Positions 44,298 to 53,698 of a DNA stretch of 64,000 nucleotides are shown one piece after another. The notes under the pieces were generated by a model that worked only from the letters and a program-made list of their open reading frames with translations, was not told the DNA's origin and ran no database searches. The stretch is from the IMG/VR virus record IMGVR_UViG_3300037011_000606, positions 1 to 64,000 of that record. One strand, given 5' to 3'. Made by a program: the position numbers and the translations under genes. Numbering within the stretch: the stretch's first letter is position 1; each line of letters opens with the position of its first letter. This stretch comes from a virus.

Positions 44298-45620
44298 TCA
44301 CACCGAGATCGCCAAGTTAATGGTGATCGACTCTATATGCCCAGTCAGATATACGGTGACATAGATGTTGTCCAGCAACCTCGCGGTCTTATCTCCCGCG
44401 GTAATATCATCGTAGTCAGGCATATTGACAACGAACCCCTTTCTGAATGTTCCATTATCCATAAAGGGCTGTTTCAGGGCGCCCAACTCGACCGCATTCT
44501 GCAAGGTCTGCTCTATGCAAGCCTTAACCGTATCTATTCCGGACTTGTCAAACGGCACAGGGTTGTTCGCTATCAGCGTCTCCAAATCCCAGATGATATT
44601 CTCCTCGAGGTAGTATCTCGTTCTCGTCACATCTATGAACTTGTACGCCGATGACCCACCAGCCATCGACAAACCATCTGACGGTCTCCACATGCTCTGC
44701 TTCAGGATAAGTGCATTCTCGGATGCGGCTTCGAATGCGGTTACCTGAGACTTTGTGAACTGACTGATGCTAGCATCATGCAATCCAAGCAAGGTCTTCC
44801 ACATTATCTTATCCCAAGGTTCTGTCACAGCTATCCTACCAGCCAATACCGCACCTACATCATCAGCCGCATTCGTATCCAGGTGCGCTATAGTTATGAC
44901 ATTCCTCGAAGTGTAGGACAGCTTGGCATCCGTCTTAAGATCCTTCAGCTGCGTTGCCGCAACTTCATCTCCCCTGCCGCATATGGGCATTATCCACGCA
45001 TAGGTGTCCGCAATGTCCGCTATATTGGCGAGTATTCCCCAATCCTGAGGACCAGCTCCACCGTTGCCTCCAGTGCCATCAGTATACGCGCAAAAGTAGA
45101 TGATATCTACTAATCGCTCGTAGTCCTTAACGGCTGTTATAAACGTAGACATAACATAGTAGTCGTAGGCAACATCTTTGGCGACAGCACCATTGATAAA
45201 TATCTGAGTTCCCTCAGTACCTATCTGTGCCTTGCTTGCTCCTGGATCCTCCGGCGGGCCTTTGTAGTCATACTCTATGGTAAAGGCAGCAATTGCCACC
45301 GTTCCACCTTTCACAGGTCCGAAGTCCAGCGTGTGTGCAGCCCCAGCAGCAGTGTTCTCAACAGCCACCGTGGTCTTGTTTATCTTAACCGCATAGAAGT
45401 AATCTACCCCTTGTGCGATCAGATTCACGGCTGCCTTGTACACCTTGCTAGAGTTCAGGAAGTCCGTTGCTAGGTCCGCGAGGTTAGTATATCGGGTGAC
45501 AGTATTCACACCCAATACCCCGCCCTCATTCTCACCTACCAGGAGAACACTCCCCCAGCTTGGCTGAACTTCTCCAGCTGCCAGAATCGTCGTATCAACA
45601 GTTATTGGATCAACCGGCAT
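44298..45620 (-). CDS. contractile tail sheath protein (DUF3383-like)
   Basis: SKVYKAA; WKTLLG; FIDVTR; VPFDKSGI; GHIESITI. Confidence 0.85.
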   Translation of the reverse strand: MPVDPITVDTTILAAGEVQPSWGSVLLVGENEGGVLGVNTVTRYTNLADLATDFLNSSKVYKAAVNLIAQGVDYFYAVKINKTTVAVENTAAGAAHTLDFGPVKGGTVAIAAFTIEYDYKGPPEDPGASKAQIGTEGTQIFINGAVAKDVAYDYYVMSTFITAVKDYERLVDIIYFCAYTDGTGGNGGAGPQDWGILANIADIADTYAWIMPICGRGDEVAATQLKDLKTDAKLSYTSRNVITIAHLDTNAADDVGAVLAGRIAVTEPWDKIMWKTLLGLHDASISQFTKSQVTAFEAASENALILKQSMWRPSDGLSMAGGSSAYKFIDVTRTRYYLEENIIWDLETLIANNPVPFDKSGIDTVKACIEQTLQNAVELGALKQPFMDNGTFRKGFVVNMPDYDDITAGDKTARLLDNIYVTVYLTGHIESITINLAISV

Positions 45621-45625
45621 CTAAA

Positions 45626-45988
45626 TCACCCCAGCTTAGGAGACTCTACTTTCGGCGTTCCATTCCTCTTCTGATCTACAAGCTTCTTCAGCTCGGCCGC
45701 GGACAACTTCAAGTAGTCTTTTATGCCTAGGTTTTTGGCCGCCATTCTCAGCTTCATGTCCGTAGCGTCGGGCTTGCTAGCCTCAACACTCGGAACCGAC
45801 GGCTTATCTCCTTCCTTAGGCTCGACGTACTCCTTGTAGTCTATTAGGCCGATCCTCATAGCCTTCTTCATCTCATCCGTTTCCTTGTCGACAATGCACG
45901 ACTCCCCAGACATCAAGATTTTCTTTCCTGAGTTGAGCAGCTGTACATTTCGCTTCGCTGTTATTTCATACCTAACCATTTCAAACAC
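45626..45988 (-). CDS. hypothetical protein with Rho-N-like C-terminal helical motif
   Basis: LRMAAKNLGIKDYLKLSAAELKKLV. Confidence 0.55.
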   Translation of the reverse strand: MFEMVRYEITAKRNVQLLNSGKKILMSGESCIVDKETDEMKKAMRIGLIDYKEYVEPKEGDKPSVPSVEASKPDATDMKLRMAAKNLGIKDYLKLSAAELKKLVDQKRNGTPKVESPKLG

Positions 45989-45992
45989 CTCA

Positions 45993-46778
45993 CTAATTCA
46001 TCGTCATATCTTCAACTACTATTGTCTCTATTGCTTCCTTCTCTGTCAGTTCGAACAACTCTGTATACCAAACATCCATAGTGATTTGGCGTCGCCTAAC
46101 CTCCTCCCCAACCACCTGAAAGTCCAAATCAGCAATATTAGATATACCTACCAGAGCAAACAAACAACCTGTAATATCTTCAGCATTATACTTGAAGAAC
46201 TTCCACACATCCATAGCCAGCTGATCAGCTATTAATATCCCATTTAATTGAGCTTTAGGCAATGGTGTGCTTGACTCTGTATCCTTCGTCCAAATATTAA
46301 CTACTAATGTATCAGAGAACATCCCACCGACGTATCTCCTAACCCATGCGTGGTGATAAGTGACACTAACATCTGTATTAGTATCTGGATATGTGGGCCC
46401 TAGAAACTTAATACTCGTATGATATGGATGAGTTCCACCTGCCAACTCATACCATATTGGGTTAAGTGTAGTTACCACTCCACCTACCAACCCAACTACC
46501 TCATCTATTTCCATTGCATAATCCATTTCTAAAACATAGGTTGAAGTTCCAGTCAAGTAGTGAACGATGCTTGTAGAATGATCTACGTGCTTAAAATTAT
46601 TATCCAAAGTTCCAGGCTTCTCCACCTGATGATTAGTATATTCTAGCGTAATCGCCGGAAATTGTTCATAGGTATACTGATTAACATACCTCTTAACTAC
46701 AGTCAGCGTCTTACCGCTAACCACGACTGAGGTTGGCAACCCCTGATATATTATCCTTTTCTGTGCTGCACTTAACAT
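45993..46778 (-). CDS. tail completion/terminator protein
   Basis: FPAITL; RRQITMDVWY; synteny. Confidence 0.55.
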   Translation of the reverse strand: MLSAAQKRIIYQGLPTSVVVSGKTLTVVKRYVNQYTYEQFPAITLEYTNHQVEKPGTLDNNFKHVDHSTSIVHYLTGTSTYVLEMDYAMEIDEVVGLVGGVVTTLNPIWYELAGGTHPYHTSIKFLGPTYPDTNTDVSVTYHHAWVRRYVGGMFSDTLVVNIWTKDTESSTPLPKAQLNGILIADQLAMDVWKFFKYNAEDITGCLFALVGISNIADLDFQVVGEEVRRRQITMDVWYTELFELTEKEAIETIVVEDMTMN

Positions 46779-47161
46779 TAATCCACCTTCGACACACCAT
46801 ATAACATAACATTGAAGCTAGAATATTCCTCAATGCTATGTATCTTCCAAATTATTCCAGCAGCATCTCTCACTTTATCCCCTATCTTAAACGTTGGCAA
46901 ATCATCTCCATCCTCATCTGTTTGCCCCAGCCTATAATACAATACCGAATCTCCAGTATACTTCATTCCATTTGTGCCCAAAGTCAAATTCTGGTTAAAT
47001 TGAGCCACGCCAAGGGGCGTTTGGAATGAAGCTTTGAAATCTACTTCAGTCGCGGGATCCTTAACCACATACCCATCAGCATCTACAGTATCAGGGTCGT
47101 CTATTATCAAAGTGAAATCCTTTTCGAAAGGAATGAATGCGCTGCCCATATCTCCAAACAT
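46778..47161 (-). CDS. head closure (stopper) protein
   Basis: size, synteny, GDKV...WKIHSI. Confidence 0.55.
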   Translation of the reverse strand: MFGDMGSAFIPFEKDFTLIIDDPDTVDADGYVVKDPATEVDFKASFQTPLGVAQFNQNLTLGTNGMKYTGDSVLYYRLGQTDEDGDDLPTFKIGDKVRDAAGIIWKIHSIEEYSSFNVMLYGVSKVD

Positions 47162-47172
47162 TTAATCATCCT

Positions 47173-48231
47173 CTAATATTCTCTCCAGCCATACTCATGA
47201 AATGCTGGATTAGTCATATTAAACCCGCGGCTTGGATTATAAGAATGTCCCACATCCTGTAGATAGTTCATCTTCGAAGTATTCACCCACTTCTGATAAT
47301 CCATCATACTCCACTCGCCGGTCTTAAGCTTAACATCAGCTGCTTTAGACCTTATAGATTGCAGCACATAAGCTGGCTCGCGTCTATAACCTCTATCTCT
47401 ATTCATTATTGCGCATTCTTTCTCCCACTCTTTAATTATAGAAGGCAATACCTTATCTAACTCCTTCATAATGGCCCCTATAATAGGCCTTCTAGGAATA
47501 TGAATCCACTTCTTCTCCATAGCTATATGCCATCCAATACTATGCAGAAAATTCCTCATCTTCGGAGTAACACCTATATCCATACCATTCTCATGTATGC
47601 ATACTAAGTCGGGCCTATTAAACACAACGTCAAATGCGGGTTCACTCCCCTCTACACCGACAATCGTTGGAGGAGTAGACAACCCACCCGATTGTACCAA
47701 CACATGACTCATACTCTCTACATTCTTACCGAAGTTATAATCAGCAACCTCATTCGGATCAGCATACGCCCAAACAGCTCTCGCCCAAGGTTTCGGGAAA
47801 GGATTCTGATACATACTATCACTATGTTCCCCTCTGCCCTTAGGTCGCAAGTTTCTATCGGGCAGATTAGTAAGGGCATACTCTAAAGTACCAACATTCG
47901 ACAACTCAATCCTTTGAGATTTAATAGATATCGTTACCCTACACAACCTATCCCACTGTGTATCTCCTAACCTTCCATCCTTAAACAAATCTATATGCAT
48001 TCGGCGAATTCTATCAGCTATCTTATACAACAACCCCTTCACATTATCGAAGGTATTCTCATCAACCAAAGGTTTCTTATCAGCCGGCTTATCAGCATGA
48101 TCTGTTGAAACGAAACCATTAATCAAATCGTAGAAAAATCCGGTCCTGGTCAAACTATCTACAGTTTCAACATTGCCTGTAGTGTATACTTGCGTTGACC
48201 ATGATGCGGTACCTAGCATTGCGCCAGCCAT
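47173..48231 (-). CDS. neck/virion morphogenesis protein (Mu gpG/HK97 gp10-like)
   Basis: IHENG...VTPKMR...IPRRPII. Confidence 0.6.
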   Translation of the reverse strand: MAGAMLGTASWSTQVYTTGNVETVDSLTRTGFFYDLINGFVSTDHADKPADKKPLVDENTFDNVKGLLYKIADRIRRMHIDLFKDGRLGDTQWDRLCRVTISIKSQRIELSNVGTLEYALTNLPDRNLRPKGRGEHSDSMYQNPFPKPWARAVWAYADPNEVADYNFGKNVESMSHVLVQSGGLSTPPTIVGVEGSEPAFDVVFNRPDLVCIHENGMDIGVTPKMRNFLHSIGWHIAMEKKWIHIPRRPIIGAIMKELDKVLPSIIKEWEKECAIMNRDRGYRREPAYVLQSIRSKAADVKLKTGEWSMMDYQKWVNTSKMNYLQDVGHSYNPSRGFNMTNPAFHEYGWREY

Positions 48232-48265
48232 TTGGCATCCCTCGAGGGTATTCCTCTCGGAATAA

Positions 48266-48664
48266 CTACTCTAGATTATCATCTTCTCCACTTTCTATCG
48301 GATCTTCTGGCCTATCATCAAACATAGGCGTTGAAGTACTTATAAAGACGCCACTTCCAATTATTTCGGCCCATGCGTCATCAGCGTCAGCTTTTAACTC
48401 ATTCAACTTCAATTCCCACTCATTCTTAACCTGCAAGTCACCCTGCTTTAACATTGAATACGTCTTACTTATTGCAAAAGATCGCAAGGCGGCCGTTGCC
48501 CTAATAAAACGACGAGCTCCTCTAGAAGTAACCTCATATCCCTGATCTTCCATCCAACCTTGTACATCTTCTATCTTCTGTAGGATGGTATCGTCAGTTA
48601 CCTCTCCAGTACTAATGTTGTTGAGAGCAACTCTCACTTCGTTTATTGTTACATCGGTCGCCAT
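48266..48664 (-). CDS. head-tail adaptor
   Basis: TINEVR...TDDTI; position after MCP. Confidence 0.6.
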   Translation of the reverse strand: MATDVTINEVRVALNNISTGEVTDDTILQKIEDVQGWMEDQGYEVTSRGARRFIRATAALRSFAISKTYSMLKQGDLQVKNEWELKLNELKADADDAWAEIIGSGVFISTSTPMFDDRPEDPIESGEDDNLE

Positions 48665-48673
48665 GCAAGCACC

Positions 48674-48705
48674 AAAATAAAAAATAAGAGGACTAGTGAG
48701 TCCCC
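48674..48705 (-). terminator. hairpin plus T-tract after MCP
   Basis: minus strand ggggact-cact-agtcctc then ttatttttatttt. Confidence 0.6.
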
Positions 48706-49524
48706 TTACGTCAGCAGTCCAGTCAATTCCCTGCCCGCAGCTGAAACTCCCAGCAGCGGCTGCTGGAACTTCGCGACGGCATAGCCCTTGTTGAACTTGG
48801 CTCCACCATCGTACTGGCTCACTATGGTCGGCCCATCCGCGAGCGTAACGAAAGACGCCTTCCTATCTCCGATGATTGCCGTTGCGGCAACCAACGCTGC
48901 ATCTCTCATTATCTCGAGATCGCCAATCATAGTTATGGCACCCGGCAGCACAGTCCTTCCTTCAGGATACGCGCCCCTCACATATGTGTTCGCAAGGAAG
49001 CTCGCATATACCGAGGACTGCATGCATATGACATCAGGCGAGTAACCAAGCTCTTCGAGCGTAGCCACCACCGGCATGATATCATCCATCGGGTTCGTGG
49101 CCGAAGCCTTCCAATTGCCGCCAGACACATCGATCAGTCCAACGAGTACCTCTCCTATCTGCTTGTTCTCCATCCTAGCGAGATCCCTGGCACCATCAGA
49201 TACCTGAACCTGCATCAGATTAAACTTCGACTTGAGCGAAGCCTCATCCGACATGACTATGTGGATGACATTCTTCCAGCACTCGAAGTCCAGATCAGTG
49301 AAAGCAGCTGCATTGATTGCCCCTTCCACATTCTCAGGCACCTTCTCCTGACCAGCCATTACAGTCCCAATCGGGATGTGTGCTATGATCTCATTACCAA
49401 GGTCAAAGACCCGGCAGAGCTTCCTCAGGTTGTACTGTGGCCTGGCCAATCCCAAGATCTCCTCTACGAAGACCTGGGCCTTCATCGCATCCGTAACATT
49501 ATCCTTAATAATTATACCAGCCAT
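48706..49524 (-). CDS. major capsid protein (HK97 fold)
   Basis: position after scaffold and cement; VPE, SDEA, LARMENKQI, PD.I; GC3-rich. Confidence 0.85.
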   Translation of the reverse strand: MAGIIIKDNVTDAMKAQVFVEEILGLARPQYNLRKLCRVFDLGNEIIAHIPIGTVMAGQEKVPENVEGAINAAAFTDLDFECWKNVIHIVMSDEASLKSKFNLMQVQVSDGARDLARMENKQIGEVLVGLIDVSGGNWKASATNPMDDIMPVVATLEELGYSPDVICMQSSVYASFLANTYVRGAYPEGRTVLPGAITMIGDLEIMRDAALVAATAIIGDRKASFVTLADGPTIVSQYDGGAKFNKGYAVAKFQQPLLGVSAAGRELTGLLT

Positions 49525-49534
49525 GTGTATCACC

Positions 49535-49924
49535 TCACTGCAGAAGCAGTACCTCAGTCTCTGTCGCGGCCTTCACCGCATCCACCATAACGGTTCCTAC
49601 AATGCTCATCAGGGTATCCTTATCCTGAGTAAGCAGAGCAGCAGCCGTTGCATTCCACTTGACGGACTGTCCCTGGAGCTGTATCTCGTTAGCCTTGGCG
49701 ATTATGACACATCCCCTCAGCATAACGCGCAGCTCAACCTGTCCGGCACCTGTAGCTGCGTTCATTGCAACCCCATGGGGCCCAACGCCAGCATCACCAC
49801 AGACATTCCATCCATCAGTATCGAAGATGACAACTTGTCCCTTCGTTACAGTCACACCGGTCTTCGTAAGACCCTTCACGATCAAATACGGAAATCCATC
49901 TCTTGTTATTTCACCTACTGCCAT
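49535..49924 (-). CDS. capsid cement/decoration protein
   Basis: Gly/Ala-rich beta protein (KGQVV, GVAM.AA, VG.V..DA). Confidence 0.7.
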   Translation of the reverse strand: MAVGEITRDGFPYLIVKGLTKTGVTVTKGQVVIFDTDGWNVCGDAGVGPHGVAMNAATGAGQVELRVMLRGCVIIAKANEIQLQGQSVKWNATAAALLTQDKDTLMSIVGTVMVDAVKAATETEVLLLQ

Positions 49925-49935
49925 TCAAATCACCT

Positions 49936-50430
49936 CTACTTGAGAGCATCCTCATGCCCAAAGTATTCCTTTCGGATAGTGCGCCTCTTCGCTTCCATCT
50001 CAGAGAGGTTTCTCTCCGCTTCTGTCGGCTGAACTCCAGCAGTCTTCGGCTTGGGGTCGCCAACCGGAGGCTGAACAGACAGCTTCTCAATATCTTCCTT
50101 GAGAACTGTAAGCTCGGTCTTCGAAAGCTTAGTAAGTCGCTCTATATCCTTGGTCTTATCCTCCACTTTGGAGAGTCCCTTCGCAATGCGACCATCAACA
50201 ATGGAATTGAGGAGCTTATCCACTTCCATCTTGTCGATAGCTGCAAGCTGCTTGGACAACTCGTCCACTTTCTGCATAAGGGACGCCTTCTCCTTCTCCA
50301 AAGTCGCCTTCTCCGCCTTTAGAGAATCTATCTCCTGGGCAAGAGTCGCCAACTTCGGGTCGGGCTGCGACCCTGCAGTTGCCGGAGGATACGCTGCATT
50401 ATCAACCTTCTTTTCATCTGTTTCCGGCAT
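49936..50430 (-). CDS. capsid scaffolding protein
   Basis: coiled coil upstream of cement/MCP. Confidence 0.7.
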   Translation of the reverse strand: MPETDEKKVDNAAYPPATAGSQPDPKLATLAQEIDSLKAEKATLEKEKASLMQKVDELSKQLAAIDKMEVDKLLNSIVDGRIAKGLSKVEDKTKDIERLTKLSKTELTVLKEDIEKLSVQPPVGDPKPKTAGVQPTEAERNLSEMEAKRRTIRKEYFGHEDALK

Positions 50431-50441
50431 TGAATTACACC

Positions 50442-50500
50442 TATATATATATATCTCGTACAAAGAATATATACAGGCAGGGAGGGGTATTGACTCTCAA
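50442..50500 (-). promoter_or_regulatory. putative late promoter for the scaffold/capsid operon
   Basis: minus strand gagagtca...tatatatt-N9-agata followed by a (TA)n tract. Confidence 0.5.
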
Positions 50501-50868
50501 TTTTCCATGAGCAGCTGAATAATCTCCTCAGTGGATATTCTTAGCTTACTATTCTTTGGGTATGGCCTACTTTGTAATATAGCCAACACCCCTTTCTTAG
50601 TCAAATGTTCCCCATTCTTAAACCTAACCATCACTTCTAAAAACCATTTCTTATCGATGAACCTAGTCATCGTAGAACAATTCTCTATACCATTTATTCT
50701 TACAAACTCTGGCCTAATGGCACAAGTTACACTAATCTCCAATAAGTCCTCTTGTAATCTTCTCAATTGATAAAACCCTCCCCTCACCTCACAGTAAGGG
50801 CAGAGTCTTATCTTCCTCCCTCTTTTGGAGACCTGCACTCCACATATAACCCTATCTAACAACACCAT
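50497..50868 (-). CDS. hypothetical basic protein
   Basis: fills the gap between protease and scaffold; CPYC; start uncertain. Confidence 0.45.
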   Translation of the reverse strand: MVLLDRVICGVQVSKRGRKIRLCPYCEVRGGFYQLRRLQEDLLEISVTCAIRPEFVRINGIENCSTMTRFIDKKWFLEVMVRFKNGEHLTKKGVLAILQSRPYPKNSKLRISTEEIIQLLMEN

Positions 50869-50872
50869 ACTA

Positions 50873-53698
50873 CTATGCGATATTGTCAATTCTACATACC
50901 TCACAGGCAGGATTCGCTACTATATTCACTCTATCATATTTCAATATCTTCTTAATTATACTCCGGACAGAGTCCACCAGTACCTCTATCTCAACCGAGA
51001 ACCCCACATACGTCCCTTCCTCGATCTCTTTCTGCTTATCAACATTTGTAATAACCGTATCTATCATTATGGTATCATTCACAAAGTTAACACTAGCTAC
51101 ACTCCCATCCATATCCTCAAGATAATGGGGCCCCACACATACAGATATACCCATCATCCTTTCGGGCCTGTCCCTAACAACCTCTGGTGAGAACCATTCT
51201 CCATTCCACACTCCATAGGAGAAAGCGGCCCCTCCCACATGGAAAAGACCATCTGGCCCCTTACCAAACTTACTAACGCTCATCATCATCCTACTCTTAA
51301 CAATCTGCTCCCCCTTCTCCAAAGATAACTTGGACACTTCTACCTTACTCCACTTCCAATAATTAACCTCAGGAGAACTTCTCACCGCTTCATAAGTCCC
51401 CTGCAGTACTCCACCCAGGAAGTTATACCTCTTACACAAGGGCGTATCATCCAACACTATTACTTTTCCTGAATCCTTACGCTCAGTCCAAGACATCATA
51501 TCCTTGGTCTTATTACCAGGCGACCCCGGAGGTAAGAACTCAGGCCCTTCCTTACCCCTTTGAGAGAAGTCCTTGGCATAAGGCTTCCTAATAGCTCCCT
51601 CTGACTTACCCACAGGATCCTCAGTCAGCACCATCATATTATCCTCTATAAACAAATCCCAATGCTTGGTGCTCTCCTTCCACCAGTGGTAACTCAGTAC
51701 AAACTCTCTAACCTCACATCCAACCTTCTCCAAGTGGCTAATCTCTAAGAAGCTAAGCTGTTTAGCATCCTCCTTAGATGTCACTGCGAAGTAATGCTTG
51801 CCAAACCTTTCAACCAAATAAGACCTCTTATCATACTTTGACACCACCGTAAAGATGGTATCTAGAGCATAAACATACTTATCCCTGATCTCCATCCTTT
51901 TATCCTTATTCTCGAACTCCCAATATCTATACTCCTTAGGAATAGTATCCTTAACTCTCTGAGGTAAGGCGCTAATCCCCATCTGTGGTATATATTCACT
52001 CTTCTTCAGAACAAGGGGTCTGTCCTCAGTGCTCTTAGTAACCCATTTTCCATCCAGCTTTTTCATCTCGAACATCTGAGGATATCCTTCTAACCAAAAC
52101 TCCTTATAATCTTCCAATTGAGCGCCCCACTCTACTATTCCTTGTTCTGAAAGCTGCGCAACACCCTCAATATCCTCGCTACCATTTTCTCCGTCCACGG
52201 TCAACACCCCATTATTAACCCTATACTGATACACTCTTTCCACAGTATCATTCATCTTAAAATACATACCAGGTATCTTCCTAGCACTCTCCAAAATACT
52301 CTTGAGCCTATCTACCTCATCCTTACATACTCTACCAACACTCAACCCCACCATCCTTACCTTCTCACCATACTGATATACCCTGCGGGCTGTTAACTCT
52401 ACACCATCTCCCACAGCCAACTTCAACCCACTATTAACCTTCCCTATAAATACAAACACACCATCAAATACATCCTCTTTAGGAGTATCTATTCTTGCAT
52501 CTCCACCCAACCCCACATAATACTCATTATTTCCTAACTCTTTAACCACCATTCCAACAAATTCCAACGTATTACTATAGACAAAGTACCCCTTCCCCTC
52601 AATCTCTCTTATCAATACGGGCCTAGTCTCCTTCATCAAATATCTCTCTAGGGTTAGCTCATCATCTATATAAGTCGTCCATCCGGCCATACAGCAAGGA
52701 TAACCTTCAAATTGACGCTCGACTCGACTAATCCTCTCATTAAACACCATACTGCTAAGGTTCTCATCCCACCAATGGACATCTGTCAATTGCACCTGAT
52801 ACTTGAGATCCTCTCCCTTAACTAGAGTACTTGCCCCTCTTAAGAATCCTTCTACCCTCATCTCAGGATCCTTAGAAACAATAATACCCTCCAGCATTAT
52901 CTCCTTGACATCTTTTGCTTTGAGCATGCCGGTAAAACAAGGAAGCCTTCTAGACACATCCATCCCATTGTCCATTATCACAAACACTTCGCCATCTACC
53001 TTATGCACCTGCACTCTCACTCCTTTAGAAAGCCGTTGTACCGAAACAGGGAATTTCAACAACTGTCCAGCTAGAGAGCTCAGCCCGTATAGGACAGTTG
53101 AAACTTCCTTAGGCTTAAAGTACTTCCCTGGTCTCGTGATGCCTTTATCCGACACCATAAACATCGGGTTAGGACTCTCTGATATATAGTTGGAGCTATA
53201 CACAGGTATATAACTCCCATCAGGCTGAGCAGTATGCAAAACCACTCTACTCGCATACTTCCCCATCAACTCATTTATATTACCTTCAGGCCCCTTAACC
53301 ACAATATCTATATTTCCTTTAGTCCTTCCCTTAGTTACAATCTCTCCAGTTAGAGATAAGGACCCACTCACATTAAATGGTAGCAGAAGCTCTAGAGCCT
53401 TCGTCAGAGTAATCTCTTCATTGGAGCTCTCTTCCATCTTCTTAGTATCCTCTACCCTTCCTAACGTTAACCTATCCAATTCATCCTTGATTCCATGATC
53501 CAGCCCCAACTCTTTCAACCTCTCAACAAGGAGTTTATGTGTATTGTAGAAATCCTCCTTCGTCCAAACATACCCATCGGTAACAAACTCTCCACTTTTC
53601 CACTGGGCGAAAGCCTCATGCAATTTATGATGTATCATTAACACCTCACTCTCACCCAGCTTACCGACAGTCTCCACTAATCCCATATTTAACTTCAT
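50873..53698 (-). CDS. multidomain prohead protease polyprotein: NTase-like, degenerate ATP-dependent ligase, LigD-phosphoesterase-like, C-terminal maturation protease
   Basis: see findings; protease H858 and GFS901...NPAC; lies between portal and scaffold. Confidence 0.75.
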   Translation of the reverse strand: MKLNMGLVETVGKLGESEVLMIHHKLHEAFAQWKSGEFVTDGYVWTKEDFYNTHKLLVERLKELGLDHGIKDELDRLTLGRVEDTKKMEESSNEEITLTKALELLLPFNVSGSLSLTGEIVTKGRTKGNIDIVVKGPEGNINELMGKYASRVVLHTAQPDGSYIPVYSSNYISESPNPMFMVSDKGITRPGKYFKPKEVSTVLYGLSSLAGQLLKFPVSVQRLSKGVRVQVHKVDGEVFVIMDNGMDVSRRLPCFTGMLKAKDVKEIMLEGIIVSKDPEMRVEGFLRGASTLVKGEDLKYQVQLTDVHWWDENLSSMVFNERISRVERQFEGYPCCMAGWTTYIDDELTLERYLMKETRPVLIREIEGKGYFVYSNTLEFVGMVVKELGNNEYYVGLGGDARIDTPKEDVFDGVFVFIGKVNSGLKLAVGDGVELTARRVYQYGEKVRMVGLSVGRVCKDEVDRLKSILESARKIPGMYFKMNDTVERVYQYRVNNGVLTVDGENGSEDIEGVAQLSEQGIVEWGAQLEDYKEFWLEGYPQMFEMKKLDGKWVTKSTEDRPLVLKKSEYIPQMGISALPQRVKDTIPKEYRYWEFENKDKRMEIRDKYVYALDTIFTVVSKYDKRSYLVERFGKHYFAVTSKEDAKQLSFLEISHLEKVGCEVREFVLSYHWWKESTKHWDLFIEDNMMVLTEDPVGKSEGAIRKPYAKDFSQRGKEGPEFLPPGSPGNKTKDMMSWTERKDSGKVIVLDDTPLCKRYNFLGGVLQGTYEAVRSSPEVNYWKWSKVEVSKLSLEKGEQIVKSRMMMSVSKFGKGPDGLFHVGGAAFSYGVWNGEWFSPEVVRDRPERMMGISVCVGPHYLEDMDGSVASVNFVNDTIMIDTVITNVDKQKEIEEGTYVGFSVEIEVLVDSVRSIIKKILKYDRVNIVANPACEVCRIDNIA

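Noticed and set aside
52274-53131. Functional DNA ligase
   Set aside because: The catalytic Lys and Asp of motif I and motifs IV/V are lost; reported only as a degenerate domain.
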